Shown piece after piece: positions 33,563-42,029 of a stretch of 44,794 nt of DNA. Made by a program: the position numbers and the translations under genes. The stretch spans positions 1 through 44,794 of the forward strand of contig JAGOSA010000003.1 in the NCBI GenBank assembly GCA_018062505.1, given 5' to 3'. Source of the stretch: Minisyncoccota bacterium. GTDB taxonomy: Bacteria; Patescibacteriota; Minisyncoccia; Phycocordibacterales; UBA9973. The first letter of the stretch is position 1. Each line of letters opens with the position of its first letter. The notes below the pieces were generated by a model that saw only the letters and a list, made by a program, of their open reading frames with translations, was not told where the DNA came from and searched no databases.

Positions 33563-34177
33563 ATGATTATCGGCATCGATGAAGTCGGGCGCGGTCCCAT
33601 TGCTGGGCCAGTTTGCGTTGCGGCTTTTCTTGTCTATCAGCCAGCGCGCTTTGCCCGTGCCGTCGAAAAGGCTAAGCGCGAAGGTAAATTGCCGATTAGG
33701 GATTCAAAAAAATTGACCAAAGAGCAGCGCGAAACTTGGAACTCTATTGTCCAAGCATGGAAAGCAGAAGGGAAATGCGATTTTGCTATTGCTATGATTC
33801 CTGCTGCAACAATCGATCGTATCGGCATTGCGCCTTCGATTCGCCGCGCGCTTTCGGCTTCGCTCAATAAAGTGTATGGGAAAAATATTGATGCAAATAA
33901 AAATTGCCTTATTCTGCTCGATGGAGGATTGCGCGCTCCAGCGGAATTCAAAAAACAGAAAACAATTATCAAGGGCGACGAAAAGGAGCTGGCTATATCA
34001 TTTGCTTCTATTGTTGCCAAAGTCCATCGTGACAGGTACATGGCGAAAACTGCCAAAAAACATGCTGCGTACGGATTTGATTCTCATGTAGGTTATGGGA
34101 CAAAAGCTCATTATGCTGCAATCAAAAAGCACGGACTCACGCCGCTGCACCGCCGTTCGTTCATTCATTTGACTTAA
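33563..34177 (+). CDS. rnhB: Ribonuclease HII
   Basis: IIGIDEVGRGPIAGPV, DSKKLT and ASIVAKVHRD motifs. Start set at ATG 33563, downstream of the terminator that sits inside the longer ORF. Confidence 0.9.
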   Translation: MIIGIDEVGRGPIAGPVCVAAFLVYQPARFARAVEKAKREGKLPIRDSKKLTKEQRETWNSIVQAWKAEGKCDFAIAMIPAATIDRIGIAPSIRRALSASLNKVYGKNIDANKNCLILLDGGLRAPAEFKKQKTIIKGDEKELAISFASIVAKVHRDRYMAKTAKKHAAYGFDSHVGYGTKAHYAAIKKHGLTPLHRRSFIHLT

Positions 34178-34256
34178 TGGGATATTGTGTGTTACAATAT
34201 TCCTCCACAACTCAGTGGAAAGTTCATTAAAAAACCAAAAAACAATTAAAGAAAGT

Positions 34257-34928
34257 ATGGCTAACGATCAAAGATTTAATGAAGTAACAGATGTTATGGA
34301 AGCATCTGCAAAATCTGGCGACACAAAACCAGAAGTAAAAAAAGCAGTACGACCAGTACCGGATTACATTTCAGCATTCGTCGGAAGGCAAAAGGGAATT
34401 CCGTTTCCAATTGACACCAATTACGATGTCGAGAAAGCAGCAAGCTTAATCGGCCACTTTAACTGGCAGTCAAATCATCCGCCAACACCTAAAATGCTGA
34501 TTGATCAGCATCTTAGCAGCGCACTGCATCGGTTCATGTTGCATCAGAGATCCCAAAAAGATCAGACATGCAATATCTATCCGATTGCTACTCCCTTCGG
34601 AGATCACAGTGCTTTTGAGCGGATATTGGATATCGAAATTGCTCAGCCAACCAGAAATGCTTGGTTTGTGCCACTCAGTACAGTTGCATTTCTCGATGTG
34701 CTAAGACGAGGCTTGCTCAAAGAAGTTGCTTCGCGGCGTAGTTCTGTATTGTGTTCGCACGATGCCCTGAACCTCAATTCTGAGCTTACTAAAAAGTCGA
34801 ATCTTTTCTATGAAAAGTCGATTTTTGGGCAAAGGCCAAAGATTCACGCCATGTTGCCGCCAACTGTTTACTTGCCAAAATTTGTGAAGGCAAAAAAATC
34901 AAACATTTTGGTTGTTTCGCCATTTTAA
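34257..34928 (+). CDS. Hypothetical protein (223 aa)
   Basis: ORF with ATG 34257 preceded by aaagaaag. No recognised domain. Terminator follows. Confidence 0.55.
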   Translation: MANDQRFNEVTDVMEASAKSGDTKPEVKKAVRPVPDYISAFVGRQKGIPFPIDTNYDVEKAASLIGHFNWQSNHPPTPKMLIDQHLSSALHRFMLHQRSQKDQTCNIYPIATPFGDHSAFERILDIEIAQPTRNAWFVPLSTVAFLDVLRRGLLKEVASRRSSVLCSHDALNLNSELTKKSNLFYEKSIFGQRPKIHAMLPPTVYLPKFVKAKKSNILVVSPF

Positions 34929-34969
34929 GCAAAAGTGCTGCCAATCCGTTTTTGGAAGCAAAAAAGTCA

Positions 34970-34998
34970 AAAAAGCCCTTGTTTTACAAGGGTTTTTT
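34970..34998 (+). terminator. Rho-independent terminator
   Basis: aaaaaGCCCTTGttttaCAAGGGtttttt. Confidence 0.8.
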
Positions 34999-35046
34999 CT
35001 ATGCCCGTTCTTGACGGCGGGGAAGTCGGCCAAAAGCCATATGCTA

Positions 35047-35074
35047 TTGACTATATTCTATATTTTGGTATAAT
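35047..35074 (+). promoter_or_regulatory. Promoter (TTGACT-16-TGgTATAAT)
   Basis: ttgact atattctatattttgg tataat. Confidence 0.6.
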
Positions 35075-35121
35075 ATAGCCAAATCAAACAAGTCACTAAC
35101 TATTTAAAAAATTCATAAGAA

Positions 35122-35943
35122 ATGAAGAAAATAAAGCATATTTTGCTGATATTGAGCGGAGCGCTCATATTTGTAGCCTGCGGGACGAAACCTCCTAGCG
35201 GTGCACCTGTTGCAGCCGGTTCCAGTGGCGGCGGAAAGAAAACTGGTCTTGTCGACTTTACGAGAGCGTATGTCGATGATCCGAAGTATCCTTGGAATTT
35301 ACAAGCTCGACGTGGATTTCAGTACTTTCTGAAAGGGAACATTATTCTGTATTACAGAGATACTGTTCCAGAACAGTTTATCGATGAAGAAGGTTCTCCA
35401 ACCATTAACGAAACTATTCAGCCACTAGAATTCAAAGTCAAAGATGGAACTGAGCTTACGCTTGATACTATCGTTGGCGACACATGGTGGTTTAAAGTTG
35501 ATGAAGGTGGAACGTGGAGATGGATATCATTTACGGAATTTACCGATGGATGGTATCACTTCTATTCCAATGCAATGACTGTAAATCTAGACGGTGCTCC
35601 ATACATGTGGATGCCGGCTAGCCAAGGCGCGAGAATTCAATTCAAGCCTAAGAAAAATGTTGACCGCAAAAAGCTCATCAAGTATGAAGCTCAAGGCAGT
35701 AAAGTGGTCGGCAGAATGGGTGATGGCAGTGCTTCTGGTGGCGGTAATGGCGGAGGAAAAACTGCTCCCAACTCAGTTGGCGCAGATCCTTTTGGCAGAT
35801 CTCAAAATCAGGTTCAGCCTCCGAATTTGCCTATGCCTCCAGCTCAGACGCAGCCACAGCAAACGCAGCCTCAGCAGACTCAGCCTCAACTGACGCAGCC
35901 GATTCCTGGCGACGGCGTAAGACAGCCTTTATTTCCGTTTTAA
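35122..35943 (+). CDS. Lipoprotein with Gln/Pro-rich C-terminal repeats
   Basis: Lipobox-like ALIFVAC. C-terminal PPAQTQPQQTQPQQTQPQLTQP. Confidence 0.75.
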   Translation: MKKIKHILLILSGALIFVACGTKPPSGAPVAAGSSGGGKKTGLVDFTRAYVDDPKYPWNLQARRGFQYFLKGNIILYYRDTVPEQFIDEEGSPTINETIQPLEFKVKDGTELTLDTIVGDTWWFKVDEGGTWRWISFTEFTDGWYHFYSNAMTVNLDGAPYMWMPASQGARIQFKPKKNVDRKKLIKYEAQGSKVVGRMGDGSASGGGNGGGKTAPNSVGADPFGRSQNQVQPPNLPMPPAQTQPQQTQPQQTQPQLTQPIPGDGVRQPLFPF

Positions 35944-35974
35944 GTCGTAGTATTGAAGAAGATCTATTGCATAA

Positions 35975-36002
35975 AAGCCCTCATCTCGGGGGCTTTTGTT
36001 TT
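35975..36002 (+). terminator. Rho-independent terminator
   Basis: aAGCCCTCatctcGGGGGCTtttgtttt. Confidence 0.7.
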
Positions 36003-36004
36003 GC

Positions 36005-36033
36005 TTGACTTTATTCAGAATAGAGTTTATAAT
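36005..36033 (+). promoter_or_regulatory. Consensus-like promoter (TTGACT-17-TATAAT) with no long ORF downstream
   Basis: ttgact ttattcagaatagagtt tataat. Confidence 0.6.
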
Positions 36034-36281
36034 GCTTCTAACTCGTAAATACATAAAAGATTTTTTGTGTGGTTTTTTGATAAGCGCAAAGAGACGAAAA
36101 ACGATTTAACATGGAAACCTGGTGCAGCAATTGTCACAATATGCGCCGAATGCCTCAATATGCAAATGACATAGTAAATAAATTACAGCCATAGTTTATA
36201 ATACGTGTAGCATACTTGATAGACAGGAAGCCTTATGTGGGTTACTAACCAGTTGTTAAAATCTTTCGCTCTCCCGAGCTG

Positions 36282-36313
36282 CCCTTCTTGTACTTGTACA
36301 GGAGGGGTTTTTT
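36282..36313 (+). terminator. Rho-independent terminator (plus-strand specific)
   Basis: CCCTTCTTGTacttgtACAGGAGGGGtttttt. The T-run is only on the + strand, so it ends the transcript started at 36005 and/or 36196. Confidence 0.7.
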
Positions 36314-36333
36314 ATTGGCCGATATTTGCCACG

Positions 36334-36948
36334 CTATTGGTTTGTCTGCAAGTTAGCTGCGTCTCGTTCGACTTTGTCGGCCTTGCGCAGCTTTTTGATG
36401 GCAGCAGGTGGAGCAATCTGCATGTGCGCTGAATCGTCGAGGTCAGCGCCAAGATCGTACAATTCTTCTTCATCAAAAAGCCAAGCATTGGCGTATGGCA
36501 AAAGCGAAAAAGGTTTTTTTGAATATGCTCGCAAAGTCTTTACTCCCGAATTAAGGAAATATTCATGAAAATATGATAATGCGATTTCACGCATGTTTTT
36601 GTAGATTGGATCGCGGTAGCGCAGCACAGAGTGGTTTGTCGCTGAGATCGCGCCCCATAATCCGTCTCGCTCAAACACGGCAACAACATGATCGACATCG
36701 TGCTTGTGGGTCTTGAGGTCGAGCAATAGCGGCGGCTGTCCATGATACCAAAGCACAGCCGCCGCAAAGAGCGCGCCTTCGAAGCAGTGAACTTGCTTGG
36801 CGGAGATGGAACGCCGAACAGAGCGGACTGTATCGCTGTTATTTGTTGGAAGTGCTGCAATGTAGTCTTGGATTTTTTCCGGCGTATTGAGTTTGGCAAA
36901 TAGTTTTTTCTCGGCTGGCGTCAGGAGCTCTTTCGGAAAGGTTTTCAT
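36334..36948 (-). CDS. Transglutaminase-like (Cys-His-Asp) fold protein, tentative
   Basis: Start set at MKTFPKELL (ATG 36948). Motif QVHCFEGALFAAAVLW followed by DVDHVVAVF and WGAIS resembles papain/transglutaminase-like cores. The upstream 74 codons of the ORF are antisense to the SET gene. Confidence 0.6.
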   Translation of the reverse strand: MKTFPKELLTPAEKKLFAKLNTPEKIQDYIAALPTNNSDTVRSVRRSISAKQVHCFEGALFAAAVLWYHGQPPLLLDLKTHKHDVDHVVAVFERDGLWGAISATNHSVLRYRDPIYKNMREIALSYFHEYFLNSGVKTLRAYSKKPFSLLPYANAWLFDEEELYDLGADLDDSAHMQIAPPAAIKKLRKADKVERDAANLQTNQ

Positions 36949-37423
36949 GAATGAATTATATGGTATTCTATACCGTATGCAAAAATTTACAGTAAAGCGG
37001 GGAGTCAATGGCCTCGGACTTTTTACAAATGTTGCCATGAAAAAAGGCGACAAGATCATTGAATATATTGGCGAAAAAATTACTCCTGAAGAAGCCGATC
37101 GCCGCGGCGGAAAATATTTGTTCGAAGTCGACAAGAAGCTGACACTTGACGGTAAGGCTCGCTCGAACATTGCGCGCTACATCAACCATTCGTGCGTGCC
37201 AAATGCCGAGGCAGAAGTCGATGGCAAGCAAGTTTTCATTTACGCCAAGAAAAAAATAGAACCTGGCGAAGAATTGCTCTACAACTACGGCAAAGAATAT
37301 TTCAACGAATACATCAAGCCGAAAGGCTGCGGTTGCCTCAAGTGCACGGGCCAGCTCGATAAGATGAAAAAGGTTGCCAAAAAACCATCAGCGAATAAAA
37401 AACCCGCTGCAAAAAAGAAGTAA
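36947..37423 (+). CDS. SET-domain protein lysine methyltransferase with Lys/Ala/Pro-rich C-terminal tail
   Basis: GLGLFT..IKKGDKIIEYIGE. ARYINHSCVPN. EELLYNYG. Post-SET Cys cluster CGCLKC. Tail KKVAKKPSANKKPAAKKK. ATG 36947 is preceded by GGAAAGG. An alternative ATG lies at 36977. Confidence 0.85.
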   Translation: MNELYGILYRMQKFTVKRGVNGLGLFTNVAMKKGDKIIEYIGEKITPEEADRRGGKYLFEVDKKLTLDGKARSNIARYINHSCVPNAEAEVDGKQVFIYAKKKIEPGEELLYNYGKEYFNEYIKPKGCGCLKCTGQLDKMKKVAKKPSANKKPAAKKK

Positions 37424-37432
37424 AAACCTCCG

Positions 37433-37461
37433 AAAAAACACTGCAATTGCAGTGTTTTTTT
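37433..37461 (+). terminator. Rho-independent terminator
   Basis: aaaaaaCACTGCaattGCAGTGttttttt. Confidence 0.8.
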
Positions 37462-37537
37462 GCCTATTGAATAATATGGATAGTGTGATATAATGCGGAG
37501 GAATATTCATCTCCAATCACATAATAATCAATACAAT

Positions 37538-38023
37538 ATGGCTACTAACACAGAAGGAAAGAACACCCAGCACGAACGACAATGGCGCAACCACTACGAC
37601 TATCTTGGGTCAGAAATTTTAGAGAACAACGATTTCTTTAATTATCGGCATTCAATTGAGAAAGCAGAGGAGTATGCAAAAATTGTTAACCATCGCGCAG
37701 TAGGCAGCATACTTGCTGATACGCTAAAAATTATTCACTACAATTTGCTTGTAGATGAAAATGTTTCTTCAGAGCAACGAAGACACAAGTTTGATCTTGC
37801 TAAAAAACACGGCATCAAAGATTTTCCGCTTACAGCAGACGAGAAAATATGCCCGGTCATGCTCAAGAAACTTCACATCTGCTCAATTGATGTGATTAAC
37901 CAATCAAAGCTTAAAAAACGCGAAGCAAAAAAGATTAAGGATTATGTAAATGCATTTTTTGTAGTTGCAGTAAAAAGAGCAAAAGTTGTTACACCAGAAA
38001 ATGTCCCTGAGATATTGAAATGA
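37538..38023 (+). CDS. Hypothetical protein (161 aa)
   Basis: ATG 37538 is preferred because TATAAT (37489..37494) overlaps the upstream ATG 37493. No recognised domain. Confidence 0.5.
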   Translation: MATNTEGKNTQHERQWRNHYDYLGSEILENNDFFNYRHSIEKAEEYAKIVNHRAVGSILADTLKIIHYNLLVDENVSSEQRRHKFDLAKKHGIKDFPLTADEKICPVMLKKLHICSIDVINQSKLKKREAKKIKDYVNAFFVVAVKRAKVVTPENVPEILK

Positions 38024-38034
38024 AGTAGAAGTCC

Positions 38035-38069
38035 AAAATCCCGCAATCACACGTTTGCGGGATTTTTTT
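38035..38069 (+). terminator. Rho-independent terminator
   Basis: AATCCCGCAAtcacacgtTTGCGGGATTttttt. Confidence 0.8.
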
Positions 38070-38097
38070 GTTGCATTTTTAAGCCATGCCTAGAAAG

Positions 38098-38106
38098 TGC
38101 TACACT
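38098..38106 (+). promoter_or_regulatory. Extended -10 (TGcTACACT) 6 nt upstream of ATG 38113
   Basis: agTGcTACACTgtatatATG. Confidence 0.45.
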
Positions 38107-38112
38107 GTATAT

Positions 38113-39468
38113 ATGGATAAAAACGACACATCATGGGAATCATCGCGCAGCATTCAGGCTTTTGCGAAGCTCGAAAAGAATATTGAAACTGATGTTGTCA
38201 TCGTCGGTGGCGGCATGGCGGGCCTTTTGACTGCCTACGTTCTCGCAAAGGCTGGCAAGAAGGTTGCTGTGCTCGAAAAGGAACGTCTGGCTTCCGGAGT
38301 TACTCTCAGGACAACTGCATTTTTGACGCAGATTATCGATACTGATGCTGAAGATGTTTGCCGCATGCTCGGCGTCAAAAAAGCCAAGACAATGTATGCG
38401 TCTCACATGTCAGGTTCGGCTTTGATTGAGCGCATTGCTCGCGAAGAAAAAATTGATTGCGATTTTAAACGCGTCAGCAATTACATTATTGCCAAAACAA
38501 AAGACGAAGCTGAAGGACTCGAAGACGAAGTCGGTGTGCTCAAGGCACTCGGCTTGTCTGTGGTTTTTGAGCGCAACAAGTCCGGCAATATTAAAAACAC
38601 TGCTGTGCTCGAAGTGAAGGATCAGGCAAAATTCAATCCGCTTTTGTTTCTCTCTGGGCTTGTTCCTATTCTCGTTTCGCTCGGTGTTTCTATTTACGAG
38701 AATACAGAAGTTGAATCACTCAATGCAGAAGATCTGGCTGCTGGGGGCGGTGGTAGTACTAGCGGTCTCGTAATTGCAAAAGCAGGCGAGCATGGCGTTC
38801 GCGCGAAGTGGAGCGTTACTGCTACCTACCAGCCATTCAACAATCCTGCGGGCGTCTTCCTCAAGAAAGGCATGTACATTTCATACGTCTATGAAATAGA
38901 AGTGCCAAAAGGAAATTATGCTGAAGGCACGTACGAAGACATGAAAAATCCGTACCATTATTTCCGCGTCGACTCAGCTAGCGACAATCAGCATGACAGA
39001 ATTATTGTCGGCGGCGAAGATCATCGAAAGGAAATTCCGATGGATAAAGAAAAAAACTGGCAAGCGCTCAGTGATTACTGTGATAAGACGTTTGGCAAAG
39101 ATACATACAAAATTATTCGCCGTTGGGATGGGCCTATGCTTGAGCCTTCAGACGGCTTTGCACTCATTGGAATACTTAAGAAAAATCAAATTATCGCTAC
39201 TGCGTTTTCTGGCAACGGCATGACGTACTCGGGTATCTCTGCAATCATGATCAAAGACATTATCGAAAAGGGGAAGTCAGATTGGGATATGCTCTACAAT
39301 CCAAAGCGCTATCCGACATTTACGATGCTCCGCATCAAGATCAGAGATTACACAGGCGAGTTTCTCCGCGGTGCGCTTCGCAATATGATCAAGTACAGCA
39401 AAATCGCTAAAGAAATTGTGAAAGAAAAAAATCGCAAGCGGAAAGAGAAAAAGCAGACGAAACAGTAA
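38113..39468 (+). CDS. FAD-dependent oxidoreductase (DAO-like) with basic C-terminal tail
   Basis: Rossmann dinucleotide motif DVVIVGGGMAGLLTAYVLAKAGKKVAVLEK. C-terminal KEKNRKRKEKKQTKQ. Start chosen at 38113 (MDKNDTSW) because of the adjacent -10 box. Confidence 0.8.
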   Translation: MDKNDTSWESSRSIQAFAKLEKNIETDVVIVGGGMAGLLTAYVLAKAGKKVAVLEKERLASGVTLRTTAFLTQIIDTDAEDVCRMLGVKKAKTMYASHMSGSALIERIAREEKIDCDFKRVSNYIIAKTKDEAEGLEDEVGVLKALGLSVVFERNKSGNIKNTAVLEVKDQAKFNPLLFLSGLVPILVSLGVSIYENTEVESLNAEDLAAGGGGSTSGLVIAKAGEHGVRAKWSVTATYQPFNNPAGVFLKKGMYISYVYEIEVPKGNYAEGTYEDMKNPYHYFRVDSASDNQHDRIIVGGEDHRKEIPMDKEKNWQALSDYCDKTFGKDTYKIIRRWDGPMLEPSDGFALIGILKKNQIIATAFSGNGMTYSGISAIMIKDIIEKGKSDWDMLYNPKRYPTFTMLRIKIRDYTGEFLRGALRNMIKYSKIAKEIVKEKNRKRKEKKQTKQ

Positions 39469-39525
39469 TTATCTGACCAAATAATTATTTGGTATAATTG
39501 CTCTATAACAGCTAATAATAATTTT

Positions 39526-40044
39526 ATGAATAAAACAACAACTGCAGTCATTGTTCTCATTATCCTCGGACTCATCGTTTGGTTTGTCGCAGCAAAAGAC
39601 AAGGACGCCATGGAAGATATGTCGGGCCAAGATCAGACATCGCTTTCAGGATCAGATGATTCGGCGAACATGGATACAGATTTCGGCAGCACTGACGACA
39701 CAAGTACAACAAATAATCCGCAAACAGGAGTGGACGTTTCAGCTGGTGGCGTAACGGTAACAACACCAAAGACACAGAACTTCACAATCGTCGCAGACAA
39801 TTACTCTTTCTCTCCGCAGACAATTTCAGTCAACAAGGGAGACACAGTCCGCATTACTCTCAAAAATACAAATGGCACGCACGACCTCAAGGTTGATGGC
39901 TATGACGTCAAAACTAAATTGCTCCAGTCTGGTGGCGAAGATACAATTGAATTCGTTGCTAATAAGTCTGGTTCGTTCGAATACTACTGCACATACGGCA
40001 ATCACAGAGCGATGGGCATGAAGGGGGCGATCACGGTTAAGTAA
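39526..40044 (+). CDS. Membrane-anchored cupredoxin (type 1 blue copper protein)
   Basis: N-terminal TM helix. Acidic linker. Cupredoxin domain with candidate ligands H (NGTHD) and C-x4-H-x4-M (YYCTYGNHRAMGM). Confidence 0.8.
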   Translation: MNKTTTAVIVLIILGLIVWFVAAKDKDAMEDMSGQDQTSLSGSDDSANMDTDFGSTDDTSTTNNPQTGVDVSAGGVTVTTPKTQNFTIVADNYSFSPQTISVNKGDTVRITLKNTNGTHDLKVDGYDVKTKLLQSGGEDTIEFVANKSGSFEYYCTYGNHRAMGMKGAITVK

Positions 40045-40059
40045 AAGAAATAATAAAAA

Positions 40060-40164
40060 CCGCACAAATAGTATTTTCTCGGGGTCGGAAATTTTCTGGT
40101 GAAAATTTCCTTCGCTTCGCGCCAGTCGCGCTGCAGAAACCCCTCGGAAACACTATTTGTGCGG
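40060..40164. repeat. Hairpin element copy B, doubling as a bidirectional terminator
   Basis: Outer stem ccgcacaaatagt...cgggg / cccc...actatttgtgcgg, flanked by an A-run and a T-run. The inner core GGAAATTTTctggtgAAAATTTCCttcgctTCGCGCCAGTCGCGCT matches 14263..14308. Confidence 0.6.
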
Positions 40165-40167
40165 TTT

Positions 40168-41040
40168 TTATATTTTATTCTTTAAGTAACCATATCGCTT
40201 AGAGTAGGTGAAGGTAAAGGCGGCGCCGAGGAAGAAGACCTGCGCCGAGAAGTAAACCCACAGCATGATACTGATGAGCGATCCAGCAGCGCCAAACGAT
40301 GAATCGTCGACGAAGTGGCCAAAGTAGTAGCCAATCAAAAGTTCTCCAATGAGGAAAACAACTGCAGTTACTGAAGCGCCAAAGGCGATTTCATTCAATG
40401 GCAATTTTGTCTTCGGCAGGAATCGGTAAATGGAGCCAAAGAAAAGCGCGACAAAAATAAATGAAACAATCGGCTCAATGGCTTGAATGAGTCCATAAGC
40501 ATCAGGGAAAATGATCCGAAGGTTATCACTCAAGAACTGCATGCTGATGCTAGAAAAAATGGAAGCCGCAAAAAGTGTCGTCAAAATAACGATGAGGATG
40601 AGACTTGGAATGTGATTTTTGAGGAATTGGAAAAGCTGCTTGATGCCCTTGATCCTGCGGATTTTTTTCTCAGGTTCAATTGACCACATTTTATTCATCG
40701 AATATGAAAGTTCCTTGAAGACGCCGGTTGCGCCAAATACTAAAACGAAAAAGCCAACCAATCCTGTAACAATGCTCGGTCCATGGCTGTTTGCGTTTTT
40801 GACAATAATGTCGCTGACATAGCCGGTTACATCGCTGCCGACCATGGCTGAAATCTGGTAGAGCAGTTTGCTCTCGACAACATCGGCGTTGACGAATATA
40901 CCGACAAGAGAAATAAGGATAATGAAAAGTGGCGCCATCGAGAAAATAGCATAGTAAGAAAGGGAAGCGCCCATGCGCGACGGGTTTTGGGCGCTCCAGT
41001 GCGCAAATGTTTCCTTGAGCGTTGTCTTAATGTGCTTCAC
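40168..41040 (-). CDS. YihY/BrkB family membrane protein
   Basis: GASLSYYAIFSMAPLFIILISL signature and six predicted TM helices. GTG start lies 6 nt downstream of a TATAAT box. Confidence 0.85.
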   Translation of the reverse strand: MKHIKTTLKETFAHWSAQNPSRMGASLSYYAIFSMAPLFIILISLVGIFVNADVVESKLLYQISAMVGSDVTGYVSDIIVKNANSHGPSIVTGLVGFFVLVFGATGVFKELSYSMNKMWSIEPEKKIRRIKGIKQLFQFLKNHIPSLILIVILTTLFAASIFSSISMQFLSDNLRIIFPDAYGLIQAIEPIVSFIFVALFFGSIYRFLPKTKLPLNEIAFGASVTAVVFLIGELLIGYYFGHFVDDSSFGAAGSLISIMLWVYFSAQVFFLGAAFTFTYSKRYGYLKNKI

Positions 41041-41046
41041 GAAAGC

Positions 41047-41052
41047 ATTATA
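41047..41052 (-). promoter_or_regulatory. -10 box (TATAAT) 6 nt upstream of GTG 41040
   Basis: Minus strand: ggtagTATAATgctttcGTG. It mirrors the divergent tagTATACT at 41074. Confidence 0.4.
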
Positions 41053-41073
41053 CTACCGAGTTTGGATTTGTAG

Positions 41074-41079
41074 TATACT
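41074..41079 (+). promoter_or_regulatory. -10 box (TATACT) 9 nt upstream of ATG 41089
   Basis: tgtagTATACTgtttccgttATG. Confidence 0.4.
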
Positions 41080-41088
41080 GTTTCCGTT

Positions 41089-41592
41089 ATGAAAAGATTC
41101 AATTTAGGTTTTGGCTTTTGGTTCGGGCTTGTGGTCATCGTCGTTTTTGGCGGCGTCCTCTGGTTCATGTTCCAACAGGAAGCTTCCAAGAGATCATTTC
41201 TCGAAACAGCTCCAACTCATGAAATAGCGCAAACATGTACGACTGATATGGCGACAACATTCCATATCCATCCGCATGTGACAATAATGGTAGACGGCAA
41301 AGAAGAAGCATTGCCAGCAAACATCGGCATCACGGACGGCTGCATGAATCCGCTTCACACTCACGAAACGGACGGCATTCTCCACGTCGAGTCTCCAGTC
41401 AAGCGTGACTTTACGCTCGGCGACTTCTTTACAGTCTGGAAGCAGCCTTTTTCAAAGACACAGTTTATGGACAAGACAGTTTCAGGTACAGGGTCATTCA
41501 AGATGACAATCGACGGCAAGGAAGTCGATACATTTGAGAATACTGTCCTCTTGGATAATCAGCAGATCGTTTTGATTTATAACTCTAAATAA
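41089..41592 (+). CDS. Membrane-anchored protein with HIHPH...HTHETDG..H motifs (possible metal-binding)
   Basis: N-terminal TM helix. Conserved-looking FHIHPHVTIMVDG..LPANIGI....PLHTHETDGILHVE. No named family known to me. Confidence 0.65.
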   Translation: MKRFNLGFGFWFGLVVIVVFGGVLWFMFQQEASKRSFLETAPTHEIAQTCTTDMATTFHIHPHVTIMVDGKEEALPANIGITDGCMNPLHTHETDGILHVESPVKRDFTLGDFFTVWKQPFSKTQFMDKTVSGTGSFKMTIDGKEVDTFENTVLLDNQQIVLIYNSK

Positions 41593-41600
41593 AAAATACT

Positions 41601-41957
41601 ATGGAAGGTGATCCAAATAAAAAGATGAACATCGTAGCGTTTGCCGATTATGGCAATGAATTTGTCGGAGCAGCAATGATGCTCAAGAGTGGAGTGCCAT
41701 TTTCTGATGTGCTTGAAATATTCAAAAAGCATCCAGCAAAAACTGTTGAAGAGTATCTTGATTTACAGGTCGAAAATGATACGGATGACTATAGGATACT
41801 TTTGCACGAGCATGCTGCAAATCCCAATGAAATGAAGCGCCTGAGCGATATCGCTAAAGCAATGAATAGTCTTGAAGCGCACGAAGAAGCAAGGTTTAAG
41901 GATCTTGTCGACGAGGCTTGGGGAATATTGCAGAATGGCAGAACGTACTTCGATTAG
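41601..41957 (+). CDS. Hypothetical cytoplasmic protein (118 aa)
   Basis: ORF 8 nt after the previous stop. No recognised domain. Confidence 0.5.
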   Translation: MEGDPNKKMNIVAFADYGNEFVGAAMMLKSGVPFSDVLEIFKKHPAKTVEEYLDLQVENDTDDYRILLHEHAANPNEMKRLSDIAKAMNSLEAHEEARFKDLVDEAWGILQNGRTYFD

Positions 41958-41985
41958 TTTTGTTCATATAAAAAAAATGTACAAA

Positions 41986-42014
41986 ATAAAAAATCCCCTT
42001 TCGGGGATTTTTTA
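41986..42014. terminator. Bidirectional rho-independent terminator
   Basis: aaaaaATCCCCtttcGGGGATttttt. Confidence 0.8.
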
Positions 42015-42029
42015 TTACTCTAGATAGGA

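Noticed and set aside
36235-36432. 65-aa ORF on the + strand
   Set aside because: It reads straight through a strong rho-independent terminator and into the 3' end of the convergent gene 36334..36948, with Cys/Leu-rich junk-like composition.
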